The notes below the pieces were generated by a model. It saw only the letters and a program-made list of their open reading frames with translations. It ran no database searches and was not told the DNA's origin. Source: Bdellovibrionales bacterium (GTDB lineage Bacteria; Bdellovibrionota; Bdellovibrionia; Bdellovibrionales; JAGQZY01). Taken from it: 64,000 bases of DNA. A program made the position numbers and the translations under genes. The stretch is taken from contig JBGSNK010000077.1 in NCBI GenBank assembly GCA_041739665.1, forward strand, positions 11,204 to 75,203, given 5' to 3'. Shown here in pieces: positions 46,022 through 55,890 of this stretch. Numbering within the stretch: position 1 is the first letter of the stretch; each line of letters starts with the position of its first letter.

Positions 46022-48625
46022 TTGTCGGTAACCCATTTTAAACGCTCGCAAAACTATACCTTTCCTCTCATCATATCGTTTTTGGTTGCTACAGGAATTT
46101 TATTTGCTAGCCTTTATGAGAACTACCTCTCTGTCTATAAAGAAAAACAAAAGAGTTTAGTCTCACTTCTAAAACTTAACGTTCGCCTTATAGAACAAAT
46201 CGACTCAGGACAATTAGACCGAGACAGAGCCTATAAAAAATTGATGGGTAACAACCAATACCTCACCCAGGTCGACCCGGAGATTCTTTTCGAGTGGATA
46301 TACACTTCCCCTAAAGGAGTTCATGTCAATTCTTGGGGACCTCACCCTGGCCTAAGCCAGAAAGTCTACGCGTTTGACAGCCCTGATTTAGGTTCTCTGG
46401 CTAAACTGGCCTTAACAGAGAGAAACGGCTTTAAATCGACTAGGGATCGTAAAAATGCCCCAGTTTTAGCAGCCTACCAATATATTGAGCCTCTTGATGT
46501 CATTTTAGTTGGGAAGATTAAAGTTCACGATATTCAAAATACTTTTCTCTCTCTAGCACGAAGGATGCTTGTTATTTCTTTATTGTTTATTGTGGCAGGT
46601 CTAATTAGCTTTAGCCTATACAAACGTCACTACAGAAACCTTGAGGCCAAACACGCCAAACAACTTAAACATACAATCGACACTCTCAATGCTTACAAAA
46701 AGGGTATGGACACCCACTCCATGCTTTGTTTGACCAACAAAAAGGGTCGAATTATCGAAGCAAACAAACGCTTCCTCAAAAATACTGGCTACTCACTTGA
46801 AGAAATTGTTGGGAAATCGTTTGCAATATTTAAATCGGAAGAACATCCCCCTGAATTTTTTAAAAACTTGTGGGACACGATCCTATCAAACAGAGTTTGG
46901 CATGGTCAGATCAAAAACAAACGCAAGAACGGAACTTTTTTTTGGGTCGACACCACTATAACCCCTGTTAAGCAAGACAATATCGATGGTTTTATATGTA
47001 TTCAAACAGAAATTACAGATAAAAAATTATTTGAAGAAAAGCTTATTCTGGCAAAAGCATATGCCGAGGTTGCTAGTGAACGTAAAAGCTCTTTCTTGTC
47101 TCATATGAGTCATGAAATCCGCACTCCCCTGTCTTCAATTATTGGCTATATAGAACTTATTGAAAAAGACGACTCATTGAGCCCAAGAACCAAACAATAT
47201 ATGCAGACTATCAGAACAAACTCACAGCATTTATCGGCGTTGGTGGGCGAGGTCCTGGATTTCTCGAAAATCGAAGCTGGTCAGCTGGAAATTAAAAAGG
47301 CGTGGATGTCTTTTGAAGGCTTAGTCCAAAAAATTGTCAACCTCTTTCAAAATAAATCACCCCATATTGAACTTAAGGTTCATTTCCAGACGCCCCTTCC
47401 CCTCCGAATATTAACTGACCCTTTACGTTTTCAGCAGATCTTAATTAACCTATTAAGCAATGCCTTTAAGTTTACAAAGAAAGGTGAGATTCAGTTAACT
47501 TTTAGACTTTCAGACCCAAGCATTGATGATTTTAAAAATAAATTAGTTATTGAAGTAGAAGATTCTGGGATAGGTATAGAAAAAAAATATATTGGTAACA
47601 TTTTTAAGCCCTTTGCCCAAGCGGCCCCCTTCCATCAACGCAAAACAAGCGGGACCGGCTTAGGTCTTTCTTTATCAAAAGAGCTTGCCCATCTATTGGG
47701 TGGTGATTTGATTTTAGTGAAAACTGAACCAGAAAAAGGGTCCACTTTTAGAGCCTATATTGATTTCGGTGGAAGCAGCCAAAGCAATATGAGTTGGAAG
47801 CCACCACAATTGCTTCCAAATAACCAAACTAATAACCATCCTCAGGTCGCTCGTCTTCCTGTGGCAGCGCCCCTTGTTTCTATGAATGTTCTTGTTGTGG
47901 AAGACTCTGAGGATATTAGTGAGTTGATTCGTATCAACCTCGTTGAGGCCGGGGCGAATGTGGATGTGGCTAGTACGGCCAAGCAAGCTCTTCGTCGCTT
48001 AGATAAGAAACAATATGACGTGGTGGTTCTCGATATCCAACTACCACGTATGTCAGGTCATCAGTTGGTCCAAATTATTCATACCAGATCACCTCGCCTA
48101 CCTGTCTTAGCACTGACTGCTCATTCGACAAAAACAGAAAAAGAAGCCTGCTTTAGTAGTGGTTTTAATGATTTCCTAACCAAACCTATAGACTTTGATT
48201 GCTTAATTAATACGATTGCCAAATATCGAGATACTTTTCCCCAACATATCGAGAACGGATGCCTCGATGAGAATCTACCTCCTCTTTTCTCATTACTTGC
48301 AGAGAATCCTCGAGTGCAAGATCAACTAGAACTTTTTGCGAATACAATGTTAGTAAAAATTACTGACTGTATTAAGATGACAGAAAAAGCGGAGTGGTCC
48401 GATTTAAAAAGTTACTGCCACAAAATCAAAGGGGCCTTCGGAACCTATGGTTATCCAGAACTACAAAATGAGGCTCATAAGATCGAAGACCTCTGTCACT
48501 CCGCCCTCGACGACACAAAAAAACAAGGGGCTATATCCCTACATATCGAGAACATGAAGAAACTGGCGATCCGCAGTGCTTTGCCCTTCGAAGTTACTGA
48601 GCCCTTCACGATCGACCAAATCTAA
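46022..48625 (+). CDS. hybrid sensor histidine kinase (TM sensor-PAS-HisKA-HATPase-REC-HPt)
   Basis: 867 aa with the H-box SHMSHEIRTPL, N/G boxes (LLSNAFKFT, DSGIGI, GTGLGLS), REC (VVVLDIQLPRMSG) and an HPt-like HKIKGAFGTYG. Confidence 0.9.
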   Translation: MSVTHFKRSQNYTFPLIISFLVATGILFASLYENYLSVYKEKQKSLVSLLKLNVRLIEQIDSGQLDRDRAYKKLMGNNQYLTQVDPEILFEWIYTSPKGVHVNSWGPHPGLSQKVYAFDSPDLGSLAKLALTERNGFKSTRDRKNAPVLAAYQYIEPLDVILVGKIKVHDIQNTFLSLARRMLVISLLFIVAGLISFSLYKRHYRNLEAKHAKQLKHTIDTLNAYKKGMDTHSMLCLTNKKGRIIEANKRFLKNTGYSLEEIVGKSFAIFKSEEHPPEFFKNLWDTILSNRVWHGQIKNKRKNGTFFWVDTTITPVKQDNIDGFICIQTEITDKKLFEEKLILAKAYAEVASERKSSFLSHMSHEIRTPLSSIIGYIELIEKDDSLSPRTKQYMQTIRTNSQHLSALVGEVLDFSKIEAGQLEIKKAWMSFEGLVQKIVNLFQNKSPHIELKVHFQTPLPLRILTDPLRFQQILINLLSNAFKFTKKGEIQLTFRLSDPSIDDFKNKLVIEVEDSGIGIEKKYIGNIFKPFAQAAPFHQRKTSGTGLGLSLSKELAHLLGGDLILVKTEPEKGSTFRAYIDFGGSSQSNMSWKPPQLLPNNQTNNHPQVARLPVAAPLVSMNVLVVEDSEDISELIRINLVEAGANVDVASTAKQALRRLDKKQYDVVVLDIQLPRMSGHQLVQIIHTRSPRLPVLALTAHSTKTEKEACFSSGFNDFLTKPIDFDCLINTIAKYRDTFPQHIENGCLDENLPPLFSLLAENPRVQDQLELFANTMLVKITDCIKMTEKAEWSDLKSYCHKIKGAFGTYGYPELQNEAHKIEDLCHSALDDTKKQGAISLHIENMKKLAIRSALPFEVTEPFTIDQI

Positions 48626-48853
48626 GTATAAAAAAGATGAGCTTGGAATCAAGGCCGGAACAGATACCCTGGAAAAGATATTTTTCTTGAGAATCTGGCG
48701 ACAGCCAATAGTGCGCTCTAGCAATCCGCAAAAAAAGTAAAACGCAGCGACGGAACCTGCGAATAAATAAACAAAAAAAATGAAGAGTGGTGTGCCTGCA
48801 ATCATTAACCATGGCAAAGCCATTAACCCACAAATTAGACCCAACAGTAGCAT
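48539..48853 (-). CDS. small two-TM membrane protein
   Basis: 104 aa. AAGGAGG is 5 nt upstream of the ATG. It has two hydrophobic helices. Its 3' end overlaps the convergent kinase gene by 87 nt. Confidence 0.5.
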   Translation of the reverse strand: MLLLGLICGLMALPWLMIAGTPLFIFFVYLFAGSVAAFYFFCGLLERTIGCRQILKKNIFSRVSVPALIPSSSFLYLDLVDREGLSNFEGQSTADRQFLHVLDM

Positions 48854-49185
48854 AAAATCCTCCTTTATCAGCCCTCCCTAAACAAAGTATTTCAAAAGCT
48901 ATGCCACAAAACATTGGGTTTTATTGGATCTGAATCGAAGTAGGTTGGATTATATGCCCTTATCAAGGAAGCAAAAGAAGGCCGTGTTACCTCCGAATAC
49001 AACGTAACAAGATGTTTCACTCTCTGGGTAAAATTTATGAATCAGATGAACCGCTCAAAACTCCCAGAGATCAAGACGTTGAGAAAAACTCTGAAGAAGA
49101 GCGTGCGGAAATACTAAATTATTTTAAAACAGGGCGAGTAGAACTCGTTGATGCTGTGCTTCTGCAAAAAGAAGCAGGTACTTAA

Positions 49186-49262
49186 TGGGGCGATCGACGG
49201 GGCTTGAACCCGCGACAACAGGAATCACAATCCTGGGCTCTACCAACTGAGCTACGACCGCC
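49186..49262 (-). tRNA. tRNA-His (GUG) with encoded G-1 and CCA
   Basis: Reverse complement: G-GCGGTCG-TA-GCTC-AGTTGGTA-GAGC-C-CAGGA-TTGTGAT-TCCTG-TTGTC-GCGGG-TTCAAGC-CCCGT-CGATCGC-C-CCA. Confidence 0.9.
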
Positions 49263-49366
49263 ATAGAAGCTAGAGTTATGACAATAAATACGTCAGGGAT
49301 CAATGAAAAATTGTAAAATCGAGAGGAGAACCGGCAACTCCAAGGGATTGACTAAAATCAAGGCTT

Positions 49367-50746
49367 TTAGGGCCCGCAATCCCCGACTCGGACCCCTTGG
49401 GCAGGGCATAAATCTCGATAGGAGCTAGCAAATGGTGTGGGTGAACCCCACTGACCAGCGGCATTGCACTGCCTGCGCACGCAATGAATATTTGCTTTCT
49501 CCGCCTGACACTGAGTGGCCCCATTGGGGTTACCTTCACAAGTCCAAGCGCATTGGGAATAGGCTGCACTTGGTGACTGACAAAGCTCTCCACCCAAAGA
49601 AGCCAATCCACGCTCGACTCCGGTCAATTCTCGAGTTTGTCTTTGTGTCCAGTCAGCAAACAAAGGAGCCTCCTGAACAGGCAAAACACCCAACTCCTTT
49701 TTTCTCTGGGGAGTCATGACAAAAACGGGAGTGATAAATCCTTCACCAATTAAGGCCATTTTTTCATCACGATCGAAAAGATAGTTTGGTGTTTCGCTAA
49801 TCCACGAAACAAACTGTCCGGCTTCAACAGTAATAGACTGCCCCGACAAATCTCGAGCCCGGATCACTTGCAAGCCACCTTTAAGACTCTCCACTCGAAC
49901 CGTGAGGCCACGCTCTTCCATTTGGTAGGAGACTTGCTGATGTCCCTCTTGGGCACGAACCAAGACTTGACCTGCAAGCAAATCGAACGAACCTTTTTTT
50001 AGGTCGAGCTTAAAATCCAAACCACCATGAACCAAATAAGCAAAAGGTTGAAAGTGACCTAAGATAGAGTGAGGATCCTCGATCGTAATTTTAGTCTTAT
50101 CGTGGAGCTCTAGATGAACCTGCCCGTTTTCCACATTCAATGTAAACCTCTGCACACTGCCAGAGCTGTTGCTCACTTCATCCCCGACATAAAGTTTTTC
50201 ATTATTTTTTAGAGATCGAGTTTGTCCTCGATGAAAAACCTTCAGTCCTGCTGTGCTTTTTTCTATTCTTCCAATAAGAACGTTGGAAAATATTCCTTCA
50301 CCCATCACTCGCGATGTATTACCCACTTCTTTTCGTCCAAGTGCTTTTAAGCTTTGGACTCTTTTTTTGATAAGCTTTTTTACAGATGCGATTTTGCGTT
50401 GTTTGGGCATAGGGACTGTTTTTTCCTGACTCTTGCGATCCTCTTCGTAATCCAGAGTGAGCTGATTCTTTGTAGCCCCTGTATCCGTGTTTTTTTCTTT
50501 TTCTTCGAGTTTCGAAAGACAACTGAAGTAAAAACTCACATTTTCACAAACGATCTCGCGACAGACGTTGATATCGCCCCAATCACAGAATTTAACATTG
50601 GTTCCGACGGTGACCGCCTTTTGACAGGGTCCACACTCTGTTTTTTCACAGACGCAACTATTGTCATCTGCCCAAACAACGGAATGATTGAAAAGTATAA
50701 AAATCAGTATTAAAATAAGTCTTATCATCGGCGATCCACTCATCAT
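49367..50746 (-). CDS. secreted Cys-rich protein with a FecR-like central region (tentative)
   Basis: 459 aa with a signal peptide (IRLILILIFILFNHSVVWA), Cys clusters at both ends and a central beta-rich segment resembling FecR-type domains. Confidence 0.55.
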   Translation of the reverse strand: MMSGSPMIRLILILIFILFNHSVVWADDNSCVCEKTECGPCQKAVTVGTNVKFCDWGDINVCREIVCENVSFYFSCLSKLEEKEKNTDTGATKNQLTLDYEEDRKSQEKTVPMPKQRKIASVKKLIKKRVQSLKALGRKEVGNTSRVMGEGIFSNVLIGRIEKSTAGLKVFHRGQTRSLKNNEKLYVGDEVSNSSGSVQRFTLNVENGQVHLELHDKTKITIEDPHSILGHFQPFAYLVHGGLDFKLDLKKGSFDLLAGQVLVRAQEGHQQVSYQMEERGLTVRVESLKGGLQVIRARDLSGQSITVEAGQFVSWISETPNYLFDRDEKMALIGEGFITPVFVMTPQRKKELGVLPVQEAPLFADWTQRQTRELTGVERGLASLGGELCQSPSAAYSQCAWTCEGNPNGATQCQAEKANIHCVRRQCNAAGQWGSPTPFASSYRDLCPAQGVRVGDCGP

Positions 50747-50952
50747 TCAGGGTTGTCAGGGATTAAAAGAGATCCACAATTGTATTTTTTCATAAGTTGT
50801 TCTTGAAATAAAATGAAAGGGATAAGTCTGGTCCTTTTGATGGCGCCCGCTTTTAGCGCGCGACTCGTCAATTCCAGAAAGCTTCTCCGTCCTAAGCTTG
50901 CACCGTGACCATTGTCCAGATACCCTATGGGTGTTTTAAAAAGGAGAATAAG

Positions 50953-51561
50953 ATGAAATTTCAATTCCCCCTACTGGCCCTTGTTCTTGGGTTCAGCTGT
51001 CAGAGCTTGGCTTATTTTAGTCTTATGGATACCGGTGAAATTAAAGCCAAAGGTGAATACCGAGTCCTCGGAGAGGCCCAAGTGCTTTTTGACGACCCCA
51101 ATGGTATGAATCTCAACGGACGTTTTGCCACTGGATTAAGCGAAGAATCCGAAATGCAGTTTGAGGCCGGAGTGGGTTCTATTGATTACTATCTTGCCGC
51201 TTTTTGGAAATGGGTTCCATTCCCAGACACTTTTGATCAACCTGCCATTGGATTGCGCTCTGGACTGACCTTTGCTGATGTCGCCGGATACTCAACCTAT
51301 GGATTCAATGTCACTCCTTTTATTAGCAAGCTGTTTGACACAAGTATTGGTGGGATTTCCCCTTATGCGGGTCTTCAAATCGGATTGCAAAGCAATACGA
51401 ACGATAGCTTCTCGACCATGCAGTTTGTCCTGGGTACAGAGTGGAAGCCGAGCGAGTGGGATTTTCGCGAACTCAAAGATTTTAGATTTTTGGTTGAATA
51501 CGGGATCGACATTGACGGCGCATTCGACTATTTAAGCCTCGGCGCATCCTACAACTTTTAA
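50953..51561 (+). CDS. small outer-membrane beta-barrel-like protein
   Basis: Start at MKFQFPLLALVLGFSCQSLA (AAGGAG upstream). About 200 aa, ending in ...GASYNF (terminal Phe). Confidence 0.55.
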   Translation: MKFQFPLLALVLGFSCQSLAYFSLMDTGEIKAKGEYRVLGEAQVLFDDPNGMNLNGRFATGLSEESEMQFEAGVGSIDYYLAAFWKWVPFPDTFDQPAIGLRSGLTFADVAGYSTYGFNVTPFISKLFDTSIGGISPYAGLQIGLQSNTNDSFSTMQFVLGTEWKPSEWDFRELKDFRFLVEYGIDIDGAFDYLSLGASYNF

Positions 51562-51587
51562 ATCTTTTCTCCAAAATACCGAGACAT

Positions 51588-51617
51588 AAAAAAACCGAAG
51601 CTCTGGGCTTCGGTTTT
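51588..51617. terminator. bidirectional rho-independent terminator
   Basis: A7, CCGAAGC 51595-51601, loop, GCTTCGG 51607-51613, TTTT. It lies between the convergent OMP gene and dnaK. Confidence 0.75.
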
Positions 51618-51657
51618 CTTAATGCAGGACTCATTTTAGAGTTTTGCAATTTGTAGG

Positions 51658-53586
51658 TTAATTAACGTCTTTGAAATCCACATCAATGGTGTCGTCGCCA
51701 CCGTCTTTTTGATCCTCTGCTGGAGAGGCCGTCTCATCAGCACCTGGAGCCGCACCTGATCCGGACTGGGTCTGCTGACTATAGAGCTCGGAACTCAAAG
51801 CCTGAGCGGCGTTCTGCAATCTCTCAAAAGTCCCTTTGATTTCATCAATATCAGCCTCAGACCCTTTGACAGAGACTTTTTTGGCCTCGTCCAAAGCTTC
51901 TTCAGCGGTCTTTACAGACTCGTCCTTGAACTTGTCTTTGTTATCGCTAATCATTTTTTCTGTTTGATAACAAAGATTATCTAAGTCGTTGCGGAGCATG
52001 ACTTTCTCTTTTTTAGCCTTATCCACATCGGCATTGGCCTCTGCTTCTTGAACCATGCGATTGATTTCGTCATCACTCAAGCCCGACTTCGCTTTGATCT
52101 GGATGGCCTGCTCTTTGCCCGTGCCAAGATCCTTAGCTGAGACATTCAAGATACCATTGGCATCGATATCAAAAGTGACTTCGATTTGCGGCACACCACG
52201 AGGCGCTGGCGGCAAACCGACCAATTCAAATGTACCAAGAGACTTGTTGTCACTTGCCATTTCGCGCTCGCCCTGAAGAACATGAACTTGAACGCTGCTT
52301 TGATTGTCACCGGCAGTTGAGAAAACCTGGGCCTTCTTAACTGGGATTGTCGTGTTGCGCTCAATAAGTCGAGTCATCACTCCACCTAAGGTTTCCAATC
52401 CGAGAGAAAGAGGTGTGACATCCAAGAGAAGAACATCTTTGACATCCCCAGAGAGAACGCCACCCTGAATAGCAGCACCAAGTGCGACCACTTCATCAGG
52501 GTTCACAGACTTATTCGGTGCGCGACCAAAAAAATCACTCACTGCTTTTTGAATAGCAGGGATACGAGTTGATCCGCCCACCAAAATCACTTCATCGATA
52601 TCTTTAATGGACCAGCCAGCATCGGCCAAAGCTTTCTTACAGGGCTCAAGGGAGCGCTTAACAAGGGATTCGGTCAGTTGCTCGAACTTAGAACGAGTCA
52701 GCTTCACATTCATATGTTTAGGACCACTTTGATCAGCCGTGATGAAAGGAAGATTGATTTCTGTTTCTTGAGTCGAACTCAACTCGATCTTCGCTTTTTC
52801 GGCCGCCTCTTTAAGGCGCTGCAATGCCATTTTATCATTATGAAGATCAATACCTTGGTCTTTTTTAAACTCACTCACGAGCCAGTCTAAAATAAGTTCG
52901 TCAAAATTATCTCCACCCAAGTGAGTGTCACCATTCGTCGCTTTCACCTCGACAACATTGTCGCCCACTTCCAAGACAGAGATATCAAAGGTACCACCAC
53001 CTAGATCGTAAACTGCGATTTTTTCGTCTTTCTTTTTATCTGAACCATAGGCAAGAGCGGCCGCAGTGGGCTCGTTGATAATTCGTTGAACATTAAGACC
53101 CGCAATTTTACCGGCATCTTTCGTCGCCTGGCGCTGAGCATCGTTGAAATAGGCAGGAACCGTAACAACAGCATCCGTCACTTCGTGACCTAAATAGTCT
53201 TCTGCAACTTTTTTAAGTTTTGCTAAAACTGCGGCACCCATTTCTTCGGGGGAGACAACTTTTTCAACGCCTCCGTCTTTGACACTAAATCCGCAATCGT
53301 TATTGCCTTTCTTGACAACTTTGTAAGGAACACGTTTGATCTCTTCTTGGGCTTCGTCGAAACGACGACCGATGAATCTTTTGGCAGAGTAGATGGTGTT
53401 TTCTGGGTTCGTCACGGCCTGTCGTTTTGCCACCTGACCCACAAGTTTTTCACCATCTTTGAATGCAATAATGGATGGCGTGGTGCGATTTCCCTCTTCG
53501 TTGACAATAACCTTAGCTTCACCACCCTCCATCACGGCCACACAAGAGTTTGTAGTTCCTAAATCAATACCTATTACTTTTCCCAT
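51658..53586 (-). CDS. dnaK: molecular chaperone DnaK (Hsp70)
   Basis: [21 protein letters not shown] and other unmistakable Hsp70 motifs. The start is set at MGKV (AAGGAG 9 nt upstream). Confidence 0.97.
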   Translation of the reverse strand: MGKVIGIDLGTTNSCVAVMEGGEAKVIVNEEGNRTTPSIIAFKDGEKLVGQVAKRQAVTNPENTIYSAKRFIGRRFDEAQEEIKRVPYKVVKKGNNDCGFSVKDGGVEKVVSPEEMGAAVLAKLKKVAEDYLGHEVTDAVVTVPAYFNDAQRQATKDAGKIAGLNVQRIINEPTAAALAYGSDKKKDEKIAVYDLGGGTFDISVLEVGDNVVEVKATNGDTHLGGDNFDELILDWLVSEFKKDQGIDLHNDKMALQRLKEAAEKAKIELSSTQETEINLPFITADQSGPKHMNVKLTRSKFEQLTESLVKRSLEPCKKALADAGWSIKDIDEVILVGGSTRIPAIQKAVSDFFGRAPNKSVNPDEVVALGAAIQGGVLSGDVKDVLLLDVTPLSLGLETLGGVMTRLIERNTTIPVKKAQVFSTAGDNQSSVQVHVLQGEREMASDNKSLGTFELVGLPPAPRGVPQIEVTFDIDANGILNVSAKDLGTGKEQAIQIKAKSGLSDDEINRMVQEAEANADVDKAKKEKVMLRNDLDNLCYQTEKMISDNKDKFKDESVKTAEEALDEAKKVSVKGSEADIDEIKGTFERLQNAAQALSSELYSQQTQSGSGAAPGADETASPAEDQKDGGDDTIDVDFKDVN

Positions 53587-53682
53587 CTTCACTTTCTCCT
53601 TATGAGCCTCTGTTCAAGGGATATTTATATTCTTACTCGTTCAATTTGAGGCCCATTGAGCCTCTGTCAAGGTCTTGGGGGC

Positions 53683-54792
53683 TTAGTTAAAAAGTCCTTT
53701 CTTTTCAGTGACTTTCTCACCTCGCAACTCAGCGAGTTCACGCAGGAGCTTCTCCTCTTGGCGTTTCAATTTTTTTGGGAACTCCACATCAAGCCTGAGA
53801 CAAATGTCTCCACGGGTCCCACCACGCAAGTCGGGAACTCCCAAGCCCTGTAAACGCAGAATTCGGCCGGGCTGACTCCCCTCTGGTATTCTCACAGATT
53901 TTTTGCCATCGAAGGTTTCCACTTCAACCTCTGTTCCCAGCAACATTTGAGTGTAGGATATTTTCAGATTGCCGAGCAAATCTCGTCCCTGTCGGTCGAA
54001 TTTATTGTGACCACGCACACGGATTTCCACAAACAAGTCCCCCGGTGGACCATTGCGAAGACCACCTTCGCCTTCACCGGCCACGCGTAAGCGCGTCCCA
54101 TTATCCACACCTTTAGGTATTGTCACTGTGATCTTTTTCGTCACAGACTTGCGCCCGCGACCTGAACACTCGCGACAAGGATTTTTAATAATTTGCCCAG
54201 CACCACGACAACTGGGACAAGTGGTTGCCACCGAGAAAAAACCTTGGCTGTTCACAACTTGACCAGCTCCCCCACAGGTGGGACAGGCAGAGGCCTCCGA
54301 TCCAGGCTCACTCCCCTTGCCAGAGCAGCGGTTACAACCTTCTTCAGTTTCGAACTCCAAATTTTTATCTGTACCTGAAATCACTTCACTGAGCTCGACC
54401 TCTAGCATATAGCGAAGATCGGCTCCTCGCCTGGCACCATTGGGTCGACGGCGCGAACGTCCGCCACCCATGCCACCCATTCCAAAAAAATCGCTAAAAA
54501 TATCCCCAAAGCTAGAGAATATGTCTTCCACATTGTCAAAACCTTGGCCGCCGCCAAAACCACCGCCGCCCTGAAAAGCAGCATGACCAAACTGGTCGTA
54601 CTTGGCCTTTTTTTCAGAATCTCCAAGAACTCCGTAGGCTTCCGCCGCTTCTTTAAAGCGATCTTCAGCCTCCTTGTTCCCCGGATTTTTATCTGGGTGG
54701 AACTTCATGGCCAACTTACGATAAGCTTTTTTGATCTCGTCTGGGGTTGCAGAGCGCTCGACACCTAGTACTTTATAGTAATCTTGATTCAT
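53683..54792 (-). CDS. dnaJ: molecular chaperone DnaJ
   Basis: Start at [11 protein letters not shown]. It has a J-domain with HPDKN, a G/F-rich region and four CxxCxGxG zinc-finger repeats. Confidence 0.95.
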   Translation of the reverse strand: MNQDYYKVLGVERSATPDEIKKAYRKLAMKFHPDKNPGNKEAEDRFKEAAEAYGVLGDSEKKAKYDQFGHAAFQGGGGFGGGQGFDNVEDIFSSFGDIFSDFFGMGGMGGGRSRRRPNGARRGADLRYMLEVELSEVISGTDKNLEFETEEGCNRCSGKGSEPGSEASACPTCGGAGQVVNSQGFFSVATTCPSCRGAGQIIKNPCRECSGRGRKSVTKKITVTIPKGVDNGTRLRVAGEGEGGLRNGPPGDLFVEIRVRGHNKFDRQGRDLLGNLKISYTQMLLGTEVEVETFDGKKSVRIPEGSQPGRILRLQGLGVPDLRGGTRGDICLRLDVEFPKKLKRQEEKLLRELAELRGEKVTEKKGLFN

Positions 54793-54964
54793 CGCAGATA
54801 TGTCCTGTTTTAAGAAACATGTGGCCTCAAACTCAGGCGTCAAGGTGTAATGGAAGGAGAATGATTGGGGCAAGGTCCGAATATTCTGCGACGCAACACT
54901 AAAGCCCCAATCAGAGTTTCCCTGGAATTCGATTTCTTAGATTTTCTGACTTAAACTAGAGTGA

Positions 54965-55699
54965 TTACTTTGTTTCTTGAAGGGCTTTATTGATAGCCTC
55001 CAGCTGAATGCGCACCCGCTCTACTGTGGCCGCCTCTGGTTTTCTAACCAAGACAGCTTCTAATACCGTTTTGGCAAACTCTGCTCGGCCAAGACGGGTA
55101 TAAAGTTTAGCCGAGAGGGCGTAGACCCAGGGGGGAGCCCCAAACTCACCAGCTCTCCTTAAAAGATCAGCTGCTTGCTCAGGATTTTGCATTTCGAAAA
55201 GCTCATGATAAGCCGCACGGTAAAGAATTTGCCAGTCTTCTGGAAAAGCTGTCGCAGCCTTTTCAAATAGAATACTAGCACCGATCCTGTCATCCACAAG
55301 AACGCTTAGCATGGTTGCTCCGTCTGCATAAGCCGTATAAAAATTTGGCGCTAAATCTGTGATCGTATCTAGCATTTGGAATACCCAACCCATCTCACAA
55401 CGTGGAGCTGGCATTTGACGCTCCAGAATTTCTGAGAGAGGATCGTCGCCATTTTTCAACGGGGCTAAGGTGCCCTGCTCACGTTCTTGGTCACAAATAT
55501 GGATATCTTGCAGGAGACGAACCCAAAGCAGGCTAGAAAAAAGATCATTGAATCCGAACGTAAAAAGCTTCATGTCTTTCGGGGGGGGGATAAAAATCTT
55601 TTTTTGCTCAAGCGTTCTGAGGTCTAACGAAAGCAAACTTTGCAGTAAGACAAAGATAATTAAGGTGGTAATTAAAACTTTATACGAGCCAGATTTCAC
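54965..55699 (-). CDS. membrane-anchored helical-repeat (TPR-like) protein
   Basis: 244 aa with an N-terminal TM segment (VLITTLIIFVLLQSLLSL) and a C-terminal Ala/Leu-rich helical-repeat region. Confidence 0.55.
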   Translation of the reverse strand: MKSGSYKVLITTLIIFVLLQSLLSLDLRTLEQKKIFIPPPKDMKLFTFGFNDLFSSLLWVRLLQDIHICDQEREQGTLAPLKNGDDPLSEILERQMPAPRCEMGWVFQMLDTITDLAPNFYTAYADGATMLSVLVDDRIGASILFEKAATAFPEDWQILYRAAYHELFEMQNPEQAADLLRRAGEFGAPPWVYALSAKLYTRLGRAEFAKTVLEAVLVRKPEAATVERVRIQLEAINKALQETK

Positions 55700-55890
55700 A
55701 CCGTAAGGTTAGAGTAAAGACTCTTCGTAGGCAAAAAAATAATGATTGAATTCTAAAATCAGGCACACAGCTCTGTTTTTGCAAATTACAAAACCCTATA
55801 AGGCCAAAGCAGAATCTGCTTTGCCTGCCACATTGAGTTAATGACGTTCGGACTTAGTTCTTCCATCTTTGTGCATTTGTCGTTAGCATT

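Noticed and set aside
49012-49185. A 57-aa acidic ORF ending exactly at the 3' end of tRNA-His.
   Set aside because: It has no RBS, and its 3' part is the hairpin that probably terminates or processes the tRNA transcript. I kept it out of the feature list as unsupported, although it could be real.
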